DNA of 57,431 nt from Chlamydiales bacterium (GTDB taxonomy: Bacteria; Chlamydiota; Chlamydiia; Chlamydiales; JACRBE01): positions 1-57,431 of the forward strand of contig JACRBE010000016.1 in assembly GCA_016213235.1 (NCBI GenBank), written 5' to 3'. Under the pieces are notes generated by a model, which did no database searches, was not told the DNA's origin, and saw nothing but the letters and a program-made list of their open reading frames with translations. The translations under genes were made by a program, and so were the position numbers. The stretch's first letter is position 1. Each line of letters begins with the position of its first letter. Positions 9,451 to 19,190 of this stretch are shown here, piece by piece.

Positions 9451-10506
9451 TTAATCACAATAACTCAATGGGAGCTTTGCTTTTAACATCAAATTAGCTA
9501 AAATATCGTTAATGCTTTTTCCTTTCCATTGCTTACTATAGTTCTCTTCTGTCATTAAAGTTGGTAATATCGTTCGATCTATGTATAGCGTTGCATTAAG
9601 ATGGTCGATTTCGTGTTGCAGTATACGTGCATACCATCCTTTTGCTTGAATCACGATAGGCTCTCCTAGCTCATTTAAACATTCTACGCGTACAGCGCTG
9701 GCTCTGGGAACAATACCCATAAATTCAGGAATACTGAGACAACCTTCAAAAAATTTAGTAGTACTTGTATCTTCTATATAAAGTCGAGGATTAATAATCA
9801 CATGAAAAGGAACAAGCGATCGATCTCTTTCTAATAATTGCTCACGAGTTAAATGAGAGTGATCCATATCTTCAATAACTATGAGTTGAATAGATTTACC
9901 AATTTGTGGTGCTGCTAGTCCCACTCCAGGAGCCGCTCTCATCGTAGCTTTCATATCTTCAATTAAGCTCTGAATCTCTGGACTTGAAATTTCTTCTATT
10001 AAAAGTTCTCTTGCTACTTGACGTAAGATGGGATCTCCCGCTCGTACAATGTCTAATGTAGGTAGATTACGAGAATCAAGGTGCTCGCGATAGATAATCT
10101 TAGATTCCACAATGGAATAAAATGGAATAAATCCTTTATAAAGGTGATAATATTTTGTAGTTCCTCCTGGATTTGTCTCATATACTAAGTCTCCTTCCAG
10201 CTTATTTGTATCAACTTTTAAAATCACAAATTGTGGTGTATCAGGCCAATATTTTGTAATAATCTTATCTAGTTGATCTTCTCTTGAAAAGTGGATAAAA
10301 GCATCATCCTCTGCGGATAATACAACCGCTTTTCTATATTGCGTTGCTTGCCAATGCCGAAGGGATAATATTTTATATAAATATTTTGGAGTTTCTACTA
10401 TTTCTGATTCCATAATCTTCCTTTTTAAAGAGAATTCATTTCCATATAATGAGCATGAAACTATACAGAGGAAAAAGATGATAAAAAACTTGTTGCGCAT
10501 ATGCAT
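9451..10506 (-). CDS. def: DUF952-peptide deformylase fusion with an N-terminal signal-like peptide
   Basis: C-terminal half has GVGLAAPQIG, EGCLS and QHEIDHL. N-terminal half has YKILS..W, FIHFSREDQL and LVYE..YYHLY (DUF952). Confidence 0.85.
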   Translation of the reverse strand: MHMRNKFFIIFFLCIVSCSLYGNEFSLKRKIMESEIVETPKYLYKILSLRHWQATQYRKAVVLSAEDDAFIHFSREDQLDKIITKYWPDTPQFVILKVDTNKLEGDLVYETNPGGTTKYYHLYKGFIPFYSIVESKIIYREHLDSRNLPTLDIVRAGDPILRQVARELLIEEISSPEIQSLIEDMKATMRAAPGVGLAAPQIGKSIQLIVIEDMDHSHLTREQLLERDRSLVPFHVIINPRLYIEDTSTTKFFEGCLSIPEFMGIVPRASAVRVECLNELGEPIVIQAKGWYARILQHEIDHLNATLYIDRTILPTLMTEENYSKQWKGKSINDILANLMLKAKLPLSYCD

Positions 10507-10539
10507 TTCTCCGTGTTAACAGGACATATTATCACTTCG

Positions 10540-10905
10540 ATGTTTATTTGTAAGAGCATAAATACATACAGGAATGCCATGAAAAATACTCTTTTTCCAT
10601 AGATACATTCCTAAACGTTCTGCAATTTTAAGACTACGAACATTGTTTGGATCAATAATGGAGATAAGCTGAGGGAAGTTGATTAAAAACATAATCAGAA
10701 ACAGCGATTGCGGCCTCAGTAGCATAGCCCTTTCCCCAATATGCCGGGTCCAATCGATAGCCAAGCTCAATTTTTTCTTCACCATCAATGTTTTGTGTGA
10801 TGAGTCCAACAAAACCAATTAATTGATGATCCCTTATCAACAACTGCAAACAGGCCAAAACCGTATTTGTCATAATGGTTTAAGATCCTTTTTTGAAGAT
10901 GCTCT
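10540..10905 (-). pseudogene. Frameshifted, 5'-truncated duplicate of the GNAT gene at 12130..12639
   Basis: Near-identical DNA to about 12136-12505, split across ORF-track frames 10652..10873 and 10516..10818. Confidence 0.9.
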
Positions 10906-10930
10906 AACGTTTTCAAAGCTTTCAGCATAT

Positions 10931-11821
10931 TTAATCTTTCTGGCCATGAACTTCTTTAAGTTTGTTTTTTACTTTAATTGATTTTATTTTCTCCGACTCT
11001 ACGTCCAATTGATGTGAGAGAAAATTAGATGAGCTTACAACTTTTCTACCACTTTTTTCTTCAAGCTCTTTCCTTGCATTACCTGCAATTTTTCCACCTG
11101 CACGTGCAGCTGCTTTATTTTCTTGAAAACCTTGAGCATCCTGGTGAACTGTGATTTCTGTGGTAGATGCTTCACCTAACATAGTAAAAATCAATTCCAG
11201 ATCTGTCATATGATCACGAAGATTTTCTTTTTTGAGGCTTTTTAATTTTTTGTGCTTCGATGGGTTAAGTCCAAAAATAGCTTCCGATATTTCAGCAGTC
11301 AGGATAGCGTATTCACGCTGCTCTTTAACACCTCTTTGTTCCCACTCATTTGTAAGTGTCTCTCTGATTGCAATTCCGCGCATCCGCTTCTCAATCCAAT
11401 CATCTGGATATCCCTTTGCTTTATAAGTAGCTCTGATTCTCTTAGAAGCAAGCTCAGGGTCTTCGATTTCTTGGATGCGCTCATAACCTATTTTAGCTAA
11501 CCATCTTTTAAAAGGTTCGGCTTTTGGGGAAGGAATGGACTGAATAATTCGAAAGATCCCTTCCGTGTTTGCACAATTTAAATTTTGTTTTCCACCAAGA
11601 GTATCTATGGAAAGGGGGGTGACAATTTGTCCCCACCCTTCAGAAAGAGTAGGATCTCGCACTCGCATTTTTTTTATATAGTCGGTGGAGTTGGATGTAT
11701 CTATCAGAGCTTCAACAATATCTTTTACAACAAACCACCATTCATCATTATGCAAGACCCTTCTGATATTTTTACCTTTAAAAACTATCATATGATGACT
11801 TGTATCGATTTCTTTTGTCAT
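10931..11821 (-). CDS. Bro-N domain (phage antirepressor-like) protein
   Basis: IRRV....EWWFVVKDIVEAL, TLGGKQ...CANTEGIFRIIQSIPSPKAEPFKRWLA and LRDHMTDLELIF. Confidence 0.88.
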   Translation of the reverse strand: MTKEIDTSHHMIVFKGKNIRRVLHNDEWWFVVKDIVEALIDTSNSTDYIKKMRVRDPTLSEGWGQIVTPLSIDTLGGKQNLNCANTEGIFRIIQSIPSPKAEPFKRWLAKIGYERIQEIEDPELASKRIRATYKAKGYPDDWIEKRMRGIAIRETLTNEWEQRGVKEQREYAILTAEISEAIFGLNPSKHKKLKSLKKENLRDHMTDLELIFTMLGEASTTEITVHQDAQGFQENKAAARAGGKIAGNARKELEEKSGRKVVSSSNFLSHQLDVESEKIKSIKVKNKLKEVHGQKD

Positions 11822-11993
11822 AAATTTTCTTGGAGTTTGTGGTTTTTTGAGACCAAAAGCTCTACAGCTGTTGCCTTTCCTTCATTCTGTTCTTCTATTT
11901 TTTTTGCAAGCTTGTGGTTTGGATGTTTGGTTCCTGGCTATTCTAACGGATCCGATCCCTGATTCCAAGATCTGACTTAAATGCGGTTCTCAT
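11818..11993 (-). pseudogene. Degenerate Cro/YdaS-like HTH gene
   Basis: The 3' frame reads PGTKHPNHKLAKKIEEQNEGKATAVELL...NL*, and its stop overlaps the Bro-N ATG (ATGA). The 5' part (MRTAFKSDLGI) is in another frame. Confidence 0.55.
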
Positions 11994-12129
11994 TTGGTTT
12001 TTTAATCAAAAAATTAGTCTAAAATGTAATCTTTTTAAATGCAAATGATGTCTTTTTCAATCACATGAAAATTCAACATTCATGGACCAACATTGAACCA
12101 AATAGGAGCGCATTCACAGTTCTCGATGC

Positions 12130-12639
12130 TTATTTATTATTTGTAAGAGCATAAATATGAACAGGAATACCATGAAAAACACTTTTTTTCCACAGATACA
12201 TTCCTAAACGCTCTGCAACTTTAAGACTACGAATGTTTTTTGGATCAATAATGGAGATGAGTTGAGGGATATGAAGCTGATTGAAAGCATAATCAGAAAC
12301 AGCCATTGCAGCCTCAGTAGCATAGCCCTTTCCCCAATATGCTGGGTCTAATCGATATCCAAGCTCAATTTTTTCTTCACCATCAATGTTTTGTGTGATG
12401 AGTCCAACAAAACCAATTAATTGATGATCTCTCTTATCAACAACTGCAAACAGGCCAAAACCATATTTCTCATAATGATCCAAGATTCTTTTTTGAAGAT
12501 GCTCTCTTGTTTGATCTCTACTAAGCGGACCGCTTATAGAAAAATGCATTACTTCTTTATTAGCTAAAATAGAAGCAAGAACGTCAAGATCATCTTCTTT
12601 AAACTTACGTAAAATGAGATGTTTTGTTTCTAAGATCAT
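12130..12639 (-). CDS. GNAT N-acetyltransferase (RimJ/RimL family)
   Basis: ILETKHLILR, ELGYRL...YWGKGYATEAA and N.RS.KVAERLGM. Confidence 0.92.
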   Translation of the reverse strand: MILETKHLILRKFKEDDLDVLASILANKEVMHFSISGPLSRDQTREHLQKRILDHYEKYGFGLFAVVDKRDHQLIGFVGLITQNIDGEEKIELGYRLDPAYWGKGYATEAAMAVSDYAFNQLHIPQLISIIDPKNIRSLKVAERLGMYLWKKSVFHGIPVHIYALTNNK

Positions 12640-12654
12640 ACCTGTTCCTTAGAG

Positions 12655-13206
12655 CTAAGGTTTCCACTGTTGATTTGTTAAAGATGTCAATATATGGTCT
12701 TCCCATTGTCCATTGATGAATAAATAATCTTTTGCATAGCCCTCCATATTAAAACCTAAATGACCAAGGAGCAAAGCGCTTCTTTCATTGGTAGGTATGT
12801 AGTTAGCCATGATGCGATGCAAGTTTTCTTTTTCGAACATGTACTGTATAGCGATTTTTAAGGCTTCGGACATGAATCCTTTTCCTTCATAACTTTTATC
12901 GATTTTATAACCTAAATAGCAGGCATGAAAGGCTGATCGAAAAATTTGAGTGAAATTACAAATTCCTATTATATCTGCTTCAATATCGTTTTTTATGAAG
13001 AATACGAAACGAATGGATTTCCCTGCTTCATATTCTTTCTCGTATTCTTTGAATTGATCGTCATAACTGATGTTGCCTACAGTTGATGCCCATTTTGCAA
13101 AATGTTCTTTATTTTGTTCTTCAAATTGTTGAAATTTGGAACTATCACTTTTTGTTAAACTACGAAGTAAAAGCCTTGAAGTAGTTAAAAACACCTGTTC
13201 TTTCAT
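12655..13206 (-). CDS. rimJ: RimJ-like ribosomal-protein-alanine N-acetyltransferase
   Basis: FHACYLGY, GKGFMSEAL, LHRIMANYIPTNERS and EGYAKDYLFINGQWEDHILTSL. Confidence 0.85.
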   Translation of the reverse strand: MKEQVFLTTSRLLLRSLTKSDSSKFQQFEEQNKEHFAKWASTVGNISYDDQFKEYEKEYEAGKSIRFVFFIKNDIEADIIGICNFTQIFRSAFHACYLGYKIDKSYEGKGFMSEALKIAIQYMFEKENLHRIMANYIPTNERSALLLGHLGFNMEGYAKDYLFINGQWEDHILTSLTNQQWKP

Positions 13207-13425
13207 TATATTTTATCCATCGCACAGCATTTTTTTTTGTTTATAGCAGGAGAGTTGTTCAGATTGCTTGGCACTCGCAAAGGAATATTTTGAATATCAA
13301 TGAGGTGAGAAGAGAAAGAAGTAGTGTTCATATATTATCAGTTATAAACATGAAGGGATAATTGTTTTAAGCTATAATAACAAATCATCATTAAACGTAA
13401 AAGGACTGTTTCAAGAACAAGTTTT

Positions 13426-13821
13426 CTATGAAATTATTTTCCAAATTTCATATCCAACTTCATGACAGATTTTATTTTTCTTTATCTTGAAATAATGGAT
13501 CAGGCGCAGTTGTACTCGCTTGCCGGGTAAAATATCCCAAACATTATCTTTTCCTGCAGTGAAGTAAATAATGCGATCATCAAAGGCTTCGTTTCCTGCT
13601 GCAAAACGTCTTAATACTTCTATTTTGACAGGCTCCAAAATCCCTGCAGCAATGTTGCGGTAATGATCTAATATTTGATCATGCTTTGTAAATAGCAGAT
13701 CTCGTGCTGGTGCTTCCCATATAATCTCATCTGCAAAAGTTTCGCAAACTCGCTCTATTAATTCAGGTGTTTCAAATGCAAAATGTTGATCTATAATAGC
13801 AAAAATTTCTCGTGATTTCAT
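13426..13821 (-). CDS. SnoaL/NTF2-like domain protein
   Basis: 131 aa with FADEIIWEAP near the N-terminus and HYFKIKKNKICHEVGYE at the C-terminus, a pattern typical of SnoaL-like folds. Confidence 0.65.
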   Translation of the reverse strand: MKSREIFAIIDQHFAFETPELIERVCETFADEIIWEAPARDLLFTKHDQILDHYRNIAAGILEPVKIEVLRRFAAGNEAFDDRIIYFTAGKDNVWDILPGKRVQLRLIHYFKIKKNKICHEVGYEIWKIIS

Positions 13822-13881
13822 GATATTGAGTCTCCTATACTGGAAGTACCAAGAATGTAAAAATAAAAAAAGAAAAAATGT

Positions 13882-15897
13882 TTATGACGGAGATACTGGA
13901 GGCACTACTTGCAGGGTATCCACTTTTGTTTTTGCAAAAATACCATGCAAAGTAGAAGGCATTACCCATCTGCTATTGATGTCAAATGCAGGATCCTTCA
14001 TCAAATAATGAATAAGATTACATTCATTTGTTTCCGCATCTTCTATATAAGCATAAATAGTTTGATACAACCGAGTTTTTGCCGTTTTATTCCCTTGAAT
14101 TTGTATTTGTTGCAGTAGCTTTTTATCTTGTTTTATTTCTTTTGCAGAAATCAACTGTGATAAAGAAGTTGTATGCTCTTCCAAGAGTTGTAAACATGTT
14201 TTAATGCTTGTCAGTATTTTGTCAATCATTTGAGCCTTGTTCCCTCCTTGTTTGCAGCAATAGTCGATGTGTAGTGTAAGTTTATTCAATTCATCCAATA
14301 ACTCTGTGTGAGAAGTATCTTTAAGTTTTTCCCTCAAAGGTATTAGCTGCCTTGCAAGCCTGATTATTCCTTGATAAATTTTTTCTGCAGCAAACTCTTT
14401 TGTATCATCATATAGGCTTTTTATGTGAGAGTCTCCTATGGCAGATAAGAAGGATCCAACTTGATAACTCAAACTGATAAAAGAACTGCAAATACCACCT
14501 AGTAATGAATGGTCCATGGTTTGTCTTCTTTGGTGTAATATCTCATCTGTGATAGATAAAGCAAGATGGGAAATACTCTGTTTATTCCAACGAATGCGAG
14601 AAAAAACAGATCTCATTGCATCAAGATAACTGTATAAGCCAGGAATATATTCACTGGTATCTATATGTTTTGCAGCCTCATCTGCTCCATCCATTAAAAA
14701 TAAATGAGAAGATAATCGATTTACTTGCCTTGTTGCAAAATCTAACATGTGTCTTGTTAGTGCTTTTGGATCTATTCTTGCTAGATCTTGTCTTCTAAAG
14801 CGCATAATATGAAGTTCTTTACCAGGATCCATTTTTTGTATGTCTTTAATGTACTCTTTAAATGTACCACTCGTTCCCATAGCAGATATCATGAATAATT
14901 CATGATCGTTTATTCTTCCTCTGACAAAATCCACATGAGTAACAGCGCGATTTACAGGTCCTTTTGAGGCAAGATTTTGACCTAAATTCACTATTTTTGT
15001 AATGAGCCCTTGTTTTCTTTGGTATGCAAAGAAAGCGATATCAACGTATTGATCTTCTGTAGACCCAGGTGCAGTTAAAGAAAGAGGATATAATTTTGAT
15101 AAATCAGAATCATGACGAATGATGTAACAATTTACTGGTCTCACATCTGTACTGCAGCAAGAAATATGCATAGGTGCTGTTGCATCAGTAATTTCTATCC
15201 CGCTAATAGTTTCTTTCAAATGTATCGGAATGGATTTTTCTTGTCTCGGATCCAATACAAGTCCTCTTCTGATTCTCATTTCTTTATTTAAGAAGATACG
15301 ATTAAATACACTTACAATGACTTTTCCATCAGGTAATATCATCACATCCCTTGGAACAGATCCATCGATACCAAGTTCCCCATTTCTTGCATAATATACA
15401 GGAGAAGCCTCCGGATGATGAGAGTGAATAAATTTTGCAAGTAATGTCGCTTTTTTCTTACTAATCCCATAACCGCTGCTTATTAACTTATTGGCAATAA
15501 CAGACTCCTCGCTATTTAAAGAGGTCATGGAGTTAAAAAAACGCATGGATAAAATGATGGTAAAGTAAAGCATCCACCCTAGAATAGGCAGGAATAGTAA
15601 AAAATGAATCTTACTACTGGTTTGTATAACCTTAATATCCTCTTTTTTCCACTGCTTGGCCTCTAAGGTAACATCTGAGGAAAAAGAGGGTAACACATAG
15701 GCCTGATGAGGCTTGTTTTCTACAGGATGCGAAGGAGTAGAAAAAAGACCTAAACGATTGGTAAGATCGTCTTTTTTCTCTTTATGGCCATAACATCTTG
15801 GAATAGAGAGGTCTAGGTGATTGACGCTCTTTAATTTTTCAGAGAGCTCATCACAAGGTAATTGATAAAGAGGTAGGGTAGATGACACATTAGCCAT
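13882..15897 (-). CDS. Hypothetical membrane-associated protein with a permuted papain-like (NlpC/P60, YiiX/YaeF-like) domain; candidate T3SS effector
   Basis: Hydrophobic segment HFLLFLPILGWMLYFTIIL, then the motif order DI..-THV-..RFR-..YSY-..CSSFISLSY. Confidence 0.55.
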   Translation of the reverse strand: MANVSSTLPLYQLPCDELSEKLKSVNHLDLSIPRCYGHKEKKDDLTNRLGLFSTPSHPVENKPHQAYVLPSFSSDVTLEAKQWKKEDIKVIQTSSKIHFLLFLPILGWMLYFTIILSMRFFNSMTSLNSEESVIANKLISSGYGISKKKATLLAKFIHSHHPEASPVYYARNGELGIDGSVPRDVMILPDGKVIVSVFNRIFLNKEMRIRRGLVLDPRQEKSIPIHLKETISGIEITDATAPMHISCCSTDVRPVNCYIIRHDSDLSKLYPLSLTAPGSTEDQYVDIAFFAYQRKQGLITKIVNLGQNLASKGPVNRAVTHVDFVRGRINDHELFMISAMGTSGTFKEYIKDIQKMDPGKELHIMRFRRQDLARIDPKALTRHMLDFATRQVNRLSSHLFLMDGADEAAKHIDTSEYIPGLYSYLDAMRSVFSRIRWNKQSISHLALSITDEILHQRRQTMDHSLLGGICSSFISLSYQVGSFLSAIGDSHIKSLYDDTKEFAAEKIYQGIIRLARQLIPLREKLKDTSHTELLDELNKLTLHIDYCCKQGGNKAQMIDKILTSIKTCLQLLEEHTTSLSQLISAKEIKQDKKLLQQIQIQGNKTAKTRLYQTIYAYIEDAETNECNLIHYLMKDPAFDINSRWVMPSTLHGIFAKTKVDTLQVVPPVSPS

Positions 15898-16012
15898 ATT
15901 AAAGATGGTTTTGTTTAAACAAATATAAGTAATTATATTCGTATTTTAAATTAAAAAGAATTGTTAAAAAAATGCTTATTAATAAATTAAAATATTTAAT
16001 ATAAATTAAAGA

Positions 16013-16102
16013 GGTTCATCCGAGGAATGCGTACCTAGATCCATGCAGATGATATAGTCTTAATTTGAAATAGTCCATATCGCGAAATCCATAGGCCTGC
16101 CG
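16013..16102 (-). mobile_element. ISL3-family right-end relic (transposase C-terminus plus IR)
   Basis: Minus strand reads RQAYGFRDMDYFKLRLYHLHGSRYAFLG* and ends in GGATGAACC. Confidence 0.85.
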
Positions 16103-16143
16103 GGTTGGGTTCATTTTTTCAAAAATATTCATGTACTATTGGG

Positions 16144-16202
16144 GAAGCCGACTTTTTCGCAGCTCCTGCTCCTAGCGGGAGCTGCTGATTCTACAAAGCC
16201 TC
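16144..16202. repeat. GC-rich palindromic (REP/MITE-like) element
   Basis: Hairpin gcagctcctgct-cct-agcgggagctgc (16159-16185) in an AT-rich intergenic region between divergent genes. Confidence 0.45.
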
Positions 16203-16273
16203 AGTTGTGCATAAGGGGAAAATTTGTTATCGTTTTTCTTTCTTATAGATTTAGAAAGATAGGGTAATAGGTC

Positions 16274-18556
16274 ATGTTAAACATTCTTAGACGATATCAA
16301 AGAGGAATTTTCCTTGTTACAGCAGTTATTGTAATTATTACATTTTCCTTTTTTGGCGCAAATAGGATAGCCAATAATCCTGGTGTAGAAGAACACTCTA
16401 CAAAAAAAGATTTGCAAATTGCAAAGGCCGTCGATGGTAGTGGTATCTATCAGAGTCAAGTAGATAAAATGATGCGATTCTTATCAGAAGAGAGTGTTGT
16501 TGATCAAAGTAGACAGTCATCTTTTTATCCTAATATCTTTAATGACGACTTTGTTACAAAGGATATCTTTGATTCAAAAATAGCACTTATTTTAGGTAAG
16601 CATTATTTTGAGCTTTTTTCTGAAGAAATCAAAATCAAGCAAGAACGATTTAAACAATACAAGCCATATGAACATCCTCTTGCTCCATATATTTCTATGA
16701 CAAATGTATGGGAGCGATTTGCACCACAATTATTTAAAGATTATCAAGAATTTAAGCAACTATCTTTAGAAGAGAGCTACCTTGCATTTGAAAAGATGGT
16801 GGACCTCTATTTGCATAGCAAAACAATATCAGCTCCTTTAATGAAACAATTGCTTTATTATTTAGAAGGACAGTATTCATTTTTAGAAAAAGACTCCTTT
16901 TTACAAAGTGGAGACTTTGCACTATTTCATGCACATTCTTTAAAGGATTGGTTCGGTAATAATTTCATGGAAATCGTATGCCAATTTGTAATCAATGGTG
17001 CTAAATATGCAAAAGAAAATGGCTATGTTGTGACACTTGAAGAAGCAAAAGCATCATTATTTAAAAATGCCAAGGACGTATTAAGCCATCAACAAAAAGA
17101 GATTAATGATAAAGAGATCAACACTTATTTTCATAATTTTTTATCGGTATATGGGTTAACAGAGAAAGAGACACTAGATATTTGGCAACAAGTGCTGTTG
17201 TTTAGAAGATTATTTCATGACAATGCAGCCAAGATTTTTGTAGATCCTATGTTGTATGAAGATTATGTAAGCTTTGCATCAAAAGAGGCAAATATTACAC
17301 TTTATGAACTACCAAAGGAATATCGATTTGAAGAATTAAAAGATCTTTATCTATTTGAAACTTATATGCAGTCCATAGCAAAAAAAGATAAACAAGACGT
17401 TGCAGGTATTGGATCCACCTGTTATTCCTTATCAGAAATAGAAGAAAATACTCCAGAGCTGATACAAAAAGAATTCAAGCTTCGAGTAGCTGAACTGACA
17501 AAAAAGGAATTAATGCTATCTGTTGGCGTTAAAGAGCTGTGGGATTATGCAGTCCAAGAGGATCATTGGAAGCATCTAACAAAAGACTATCCAGAGCTTA
17601 TGTTTATTGCAACTAAGGCGGATCGATTAAAAGCTCTTCAGTCATTGGAAATAGAACCAAGAAATAAGATTTACCAGCAGGCAAAGAGCGAGATAGTTAA
17701 TTTGCACCCAGAGTGGGCAAGAGAGGCTCTTTTCACTGTAACGATGAAAGATGAAGCTATTGCTGTGCCTTATTTTGGGGATCATTTGTTTTTTCATGGG
17801 TTTACGAGCGGCAAGGAGCTTATCACCTTTTTATCGCAATTAAAAGAGGAGAGTATCTTTACAAAAGATAATGAACATTTCTATAAAATAGAAGTAACAG
17901 AAGTTGGAAATGATTGTGTACTATCTTTTAAAGAAGCAAAAGAAAACAAGGTTCTTGAAGTGTTATTAGATCGACACTTAAAAGTTGCTTATGATAAATA
18001 TAAAGAGACAAATTCTGAATTACAAGGTCTGGAGTTTGATCAATGTAAGGATAAGGTAGGATACATTGTTTACAGAGGCTTGATTGATCAATTGAAAGCT
18101 TATGCCTATAACATGGGTATTACCATTAATATAAATGAGATAGATCAAGTAGCAAAAACAAGATTCTTAAAATTCTTAAATAAGAAAAAACAGCAATTGA
18201 TGCATGAAGACAATGTAGTGCAAGTTCCTGAATTAATGGCTCAGTTTGAATTGAATAAGAAAGACATTTCTTTAAAAAGAAATGCTTATCAGCCTCTTCC
18301 AGATGATCAATTCTTCCGGATGAAAAAAGGGGAGTGGTCTGATGTTATTACATTACAAGATGAGTCGTTTGCGTTCTTCAAAATGAATGATATTGAGTTT
18401 AATCATCAGGAGCTAGCTCAGGAAGTTGAAAAAGGTAGAAAATTGCTGGGTGATGAGTCTAAGCGATTTATTGCAAATCAATTGATGAAAGAGATGCAGC
18501 AAAAAAGCAGTATTTCTCTTGAAAAAAGCAAGGATCTTATAGCAGATGCTCCTTGA
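16274..18556 (+). CDS. Conserved chlamydial protein (CT283-like) with a PpiD/SurA-N-like N-terminal anchor
   Basis: N-terminus MLNILRRYQRGIFLVTAVIVIITFSFFG; located upstream of gcvH as in Chlamydia. Confidence 0.6.
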   Translation: MLNILRRYQRGIFLVTAVIVIITFSFFGANRIANNPGVEEHSTKKDLQIAKAVDGSGIYQSQVDKMMRFLSEESVVDQSRQSSFYPNIFNDDFVTKDIFDSKIALILGKHYFELFSEEIKIKQERFKQYKPYEHPLAPYISMTNVWERFAPQLFKDYQEFKQLSLEESYLAFEKMVDLYLHSKTISAPLMKQLLYYLEGQYSFLEKDSFLQSGDFALFHAHSLKDWFGNNFMEIVCQFVINGAKYAKENGYVVTLEEAKASLFKNAKDVLSHQQKEINDKEINTYFHNFLSVYGLTEKETLDIWQQVLLFRRLFHDNAAKIFVDPMLYEDYVSFASKEANITLYELPKEYRFEELKDLYLFETYMQSIAKKDKQDVAGIGSTCYSLSEIEENTPELIQKEFKLRVAELTKKELMLSVGVKELWDYAVQEDHWKHLTKDYPELMFIATKADRLKALQSLEIEPRNKIYQQAKSEIVNLHPEWAREALFTVTMKDEAIAVPYFGDHLFFHGFTSGKELITFLSQLKEESIFTKDNEHFYKIEVTEVGNDCVLSFKEAKENKVLEVLLDRHLKVAYDKYKETNSELQGLEFDQCKDKVGYIVYRGLIDQLKAYAYNMGITININEIDQVAKTRFLKFLNKKKQQLMHEDNVVQVPELMAQFELNKKDISLKRNAYQPLPDDQFFRMKKGEWSDVITLQDESFAFFKMNDIEFNHQELAQEVEKGRKLLGDESKRFIANQLMKEMQQKSSISLEKSKDLIADAP

Positions 18557-19190
18557 GGAATTAGAGCCTATTTTGCCTTTGCATTTTTTTAAGATAAACA
18601 CCAGTGTGCATAAACTTGTATCGGATGATAGAAGACAAAAACTATCATCCAAATATTTGCTTGGTAACTTCTCTGAGATGCTAGAAGAAGAGCCCTTTGC
18701 AGATGTATATATGGGATGGCATCATCATGGTATCTTATTCTCATTCGATATAAAGGAAGAGTTTCAAGATTGTTTTTATCCAGATTATCATAAAGGCGAT
18801 GCTGTTGAGATATTGATAGATACAAAAGGATTAACCTCTTCCCATATGAATAGACACTGCCACCATTTTTTCTTTTTGCCTAAACAAAAAGAAGAAAAGC
18901 AGTATGAGGAAATTACAAAACTGCGCTATGAAAATCAAAGGCCTCTTGCCAGTGATGCATCTATTCATTTACAGGTGGAATTTAAATCCAATTCTTATCA
19001 GATGCGTATTTTTTTAACGAAAGATGCACTATATGGATATAATCCAGCAGAGTGCGATAAGTTACTCCTACAATTTATTATTTATAGGCATAAACAACCT
19101 CCTCAACATTTTTGTTTTTCAAAAAAACAGTTTAAAAGTATGTTAAATCCAAGTTTATGGGCAAACGTCCAGCTAAAGGATGCAAGATGA
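18546..19190 (+). CDS. Hypothetical protein, DOMON/CBM9-like
   Basis: FADVYMGW...GI.FSF and GDAVEILIDT...HCHHFFFLP; overlaps both neighbours, consistent with an operon. Confidence 0.5.
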   Translation: MLLEELEPILPLHFFKINTSVHKLVSDDRRQKLSSKYLLGNFSEMLEEEPFADVYMGWHHHGILFSFDIKEEFQDCFYPDYHKGDAVEILIDTKGLTSSHMNRHCHHFFFLPKQKEEKQYEEITKLRYENQRPLASDASIHLQVEFKSNSYQMRIFLTKDALYGYNPAECDKLLLQFIIYRHKQPPQHFCFSKKQFKSMLNPSLWANVQLKDAR

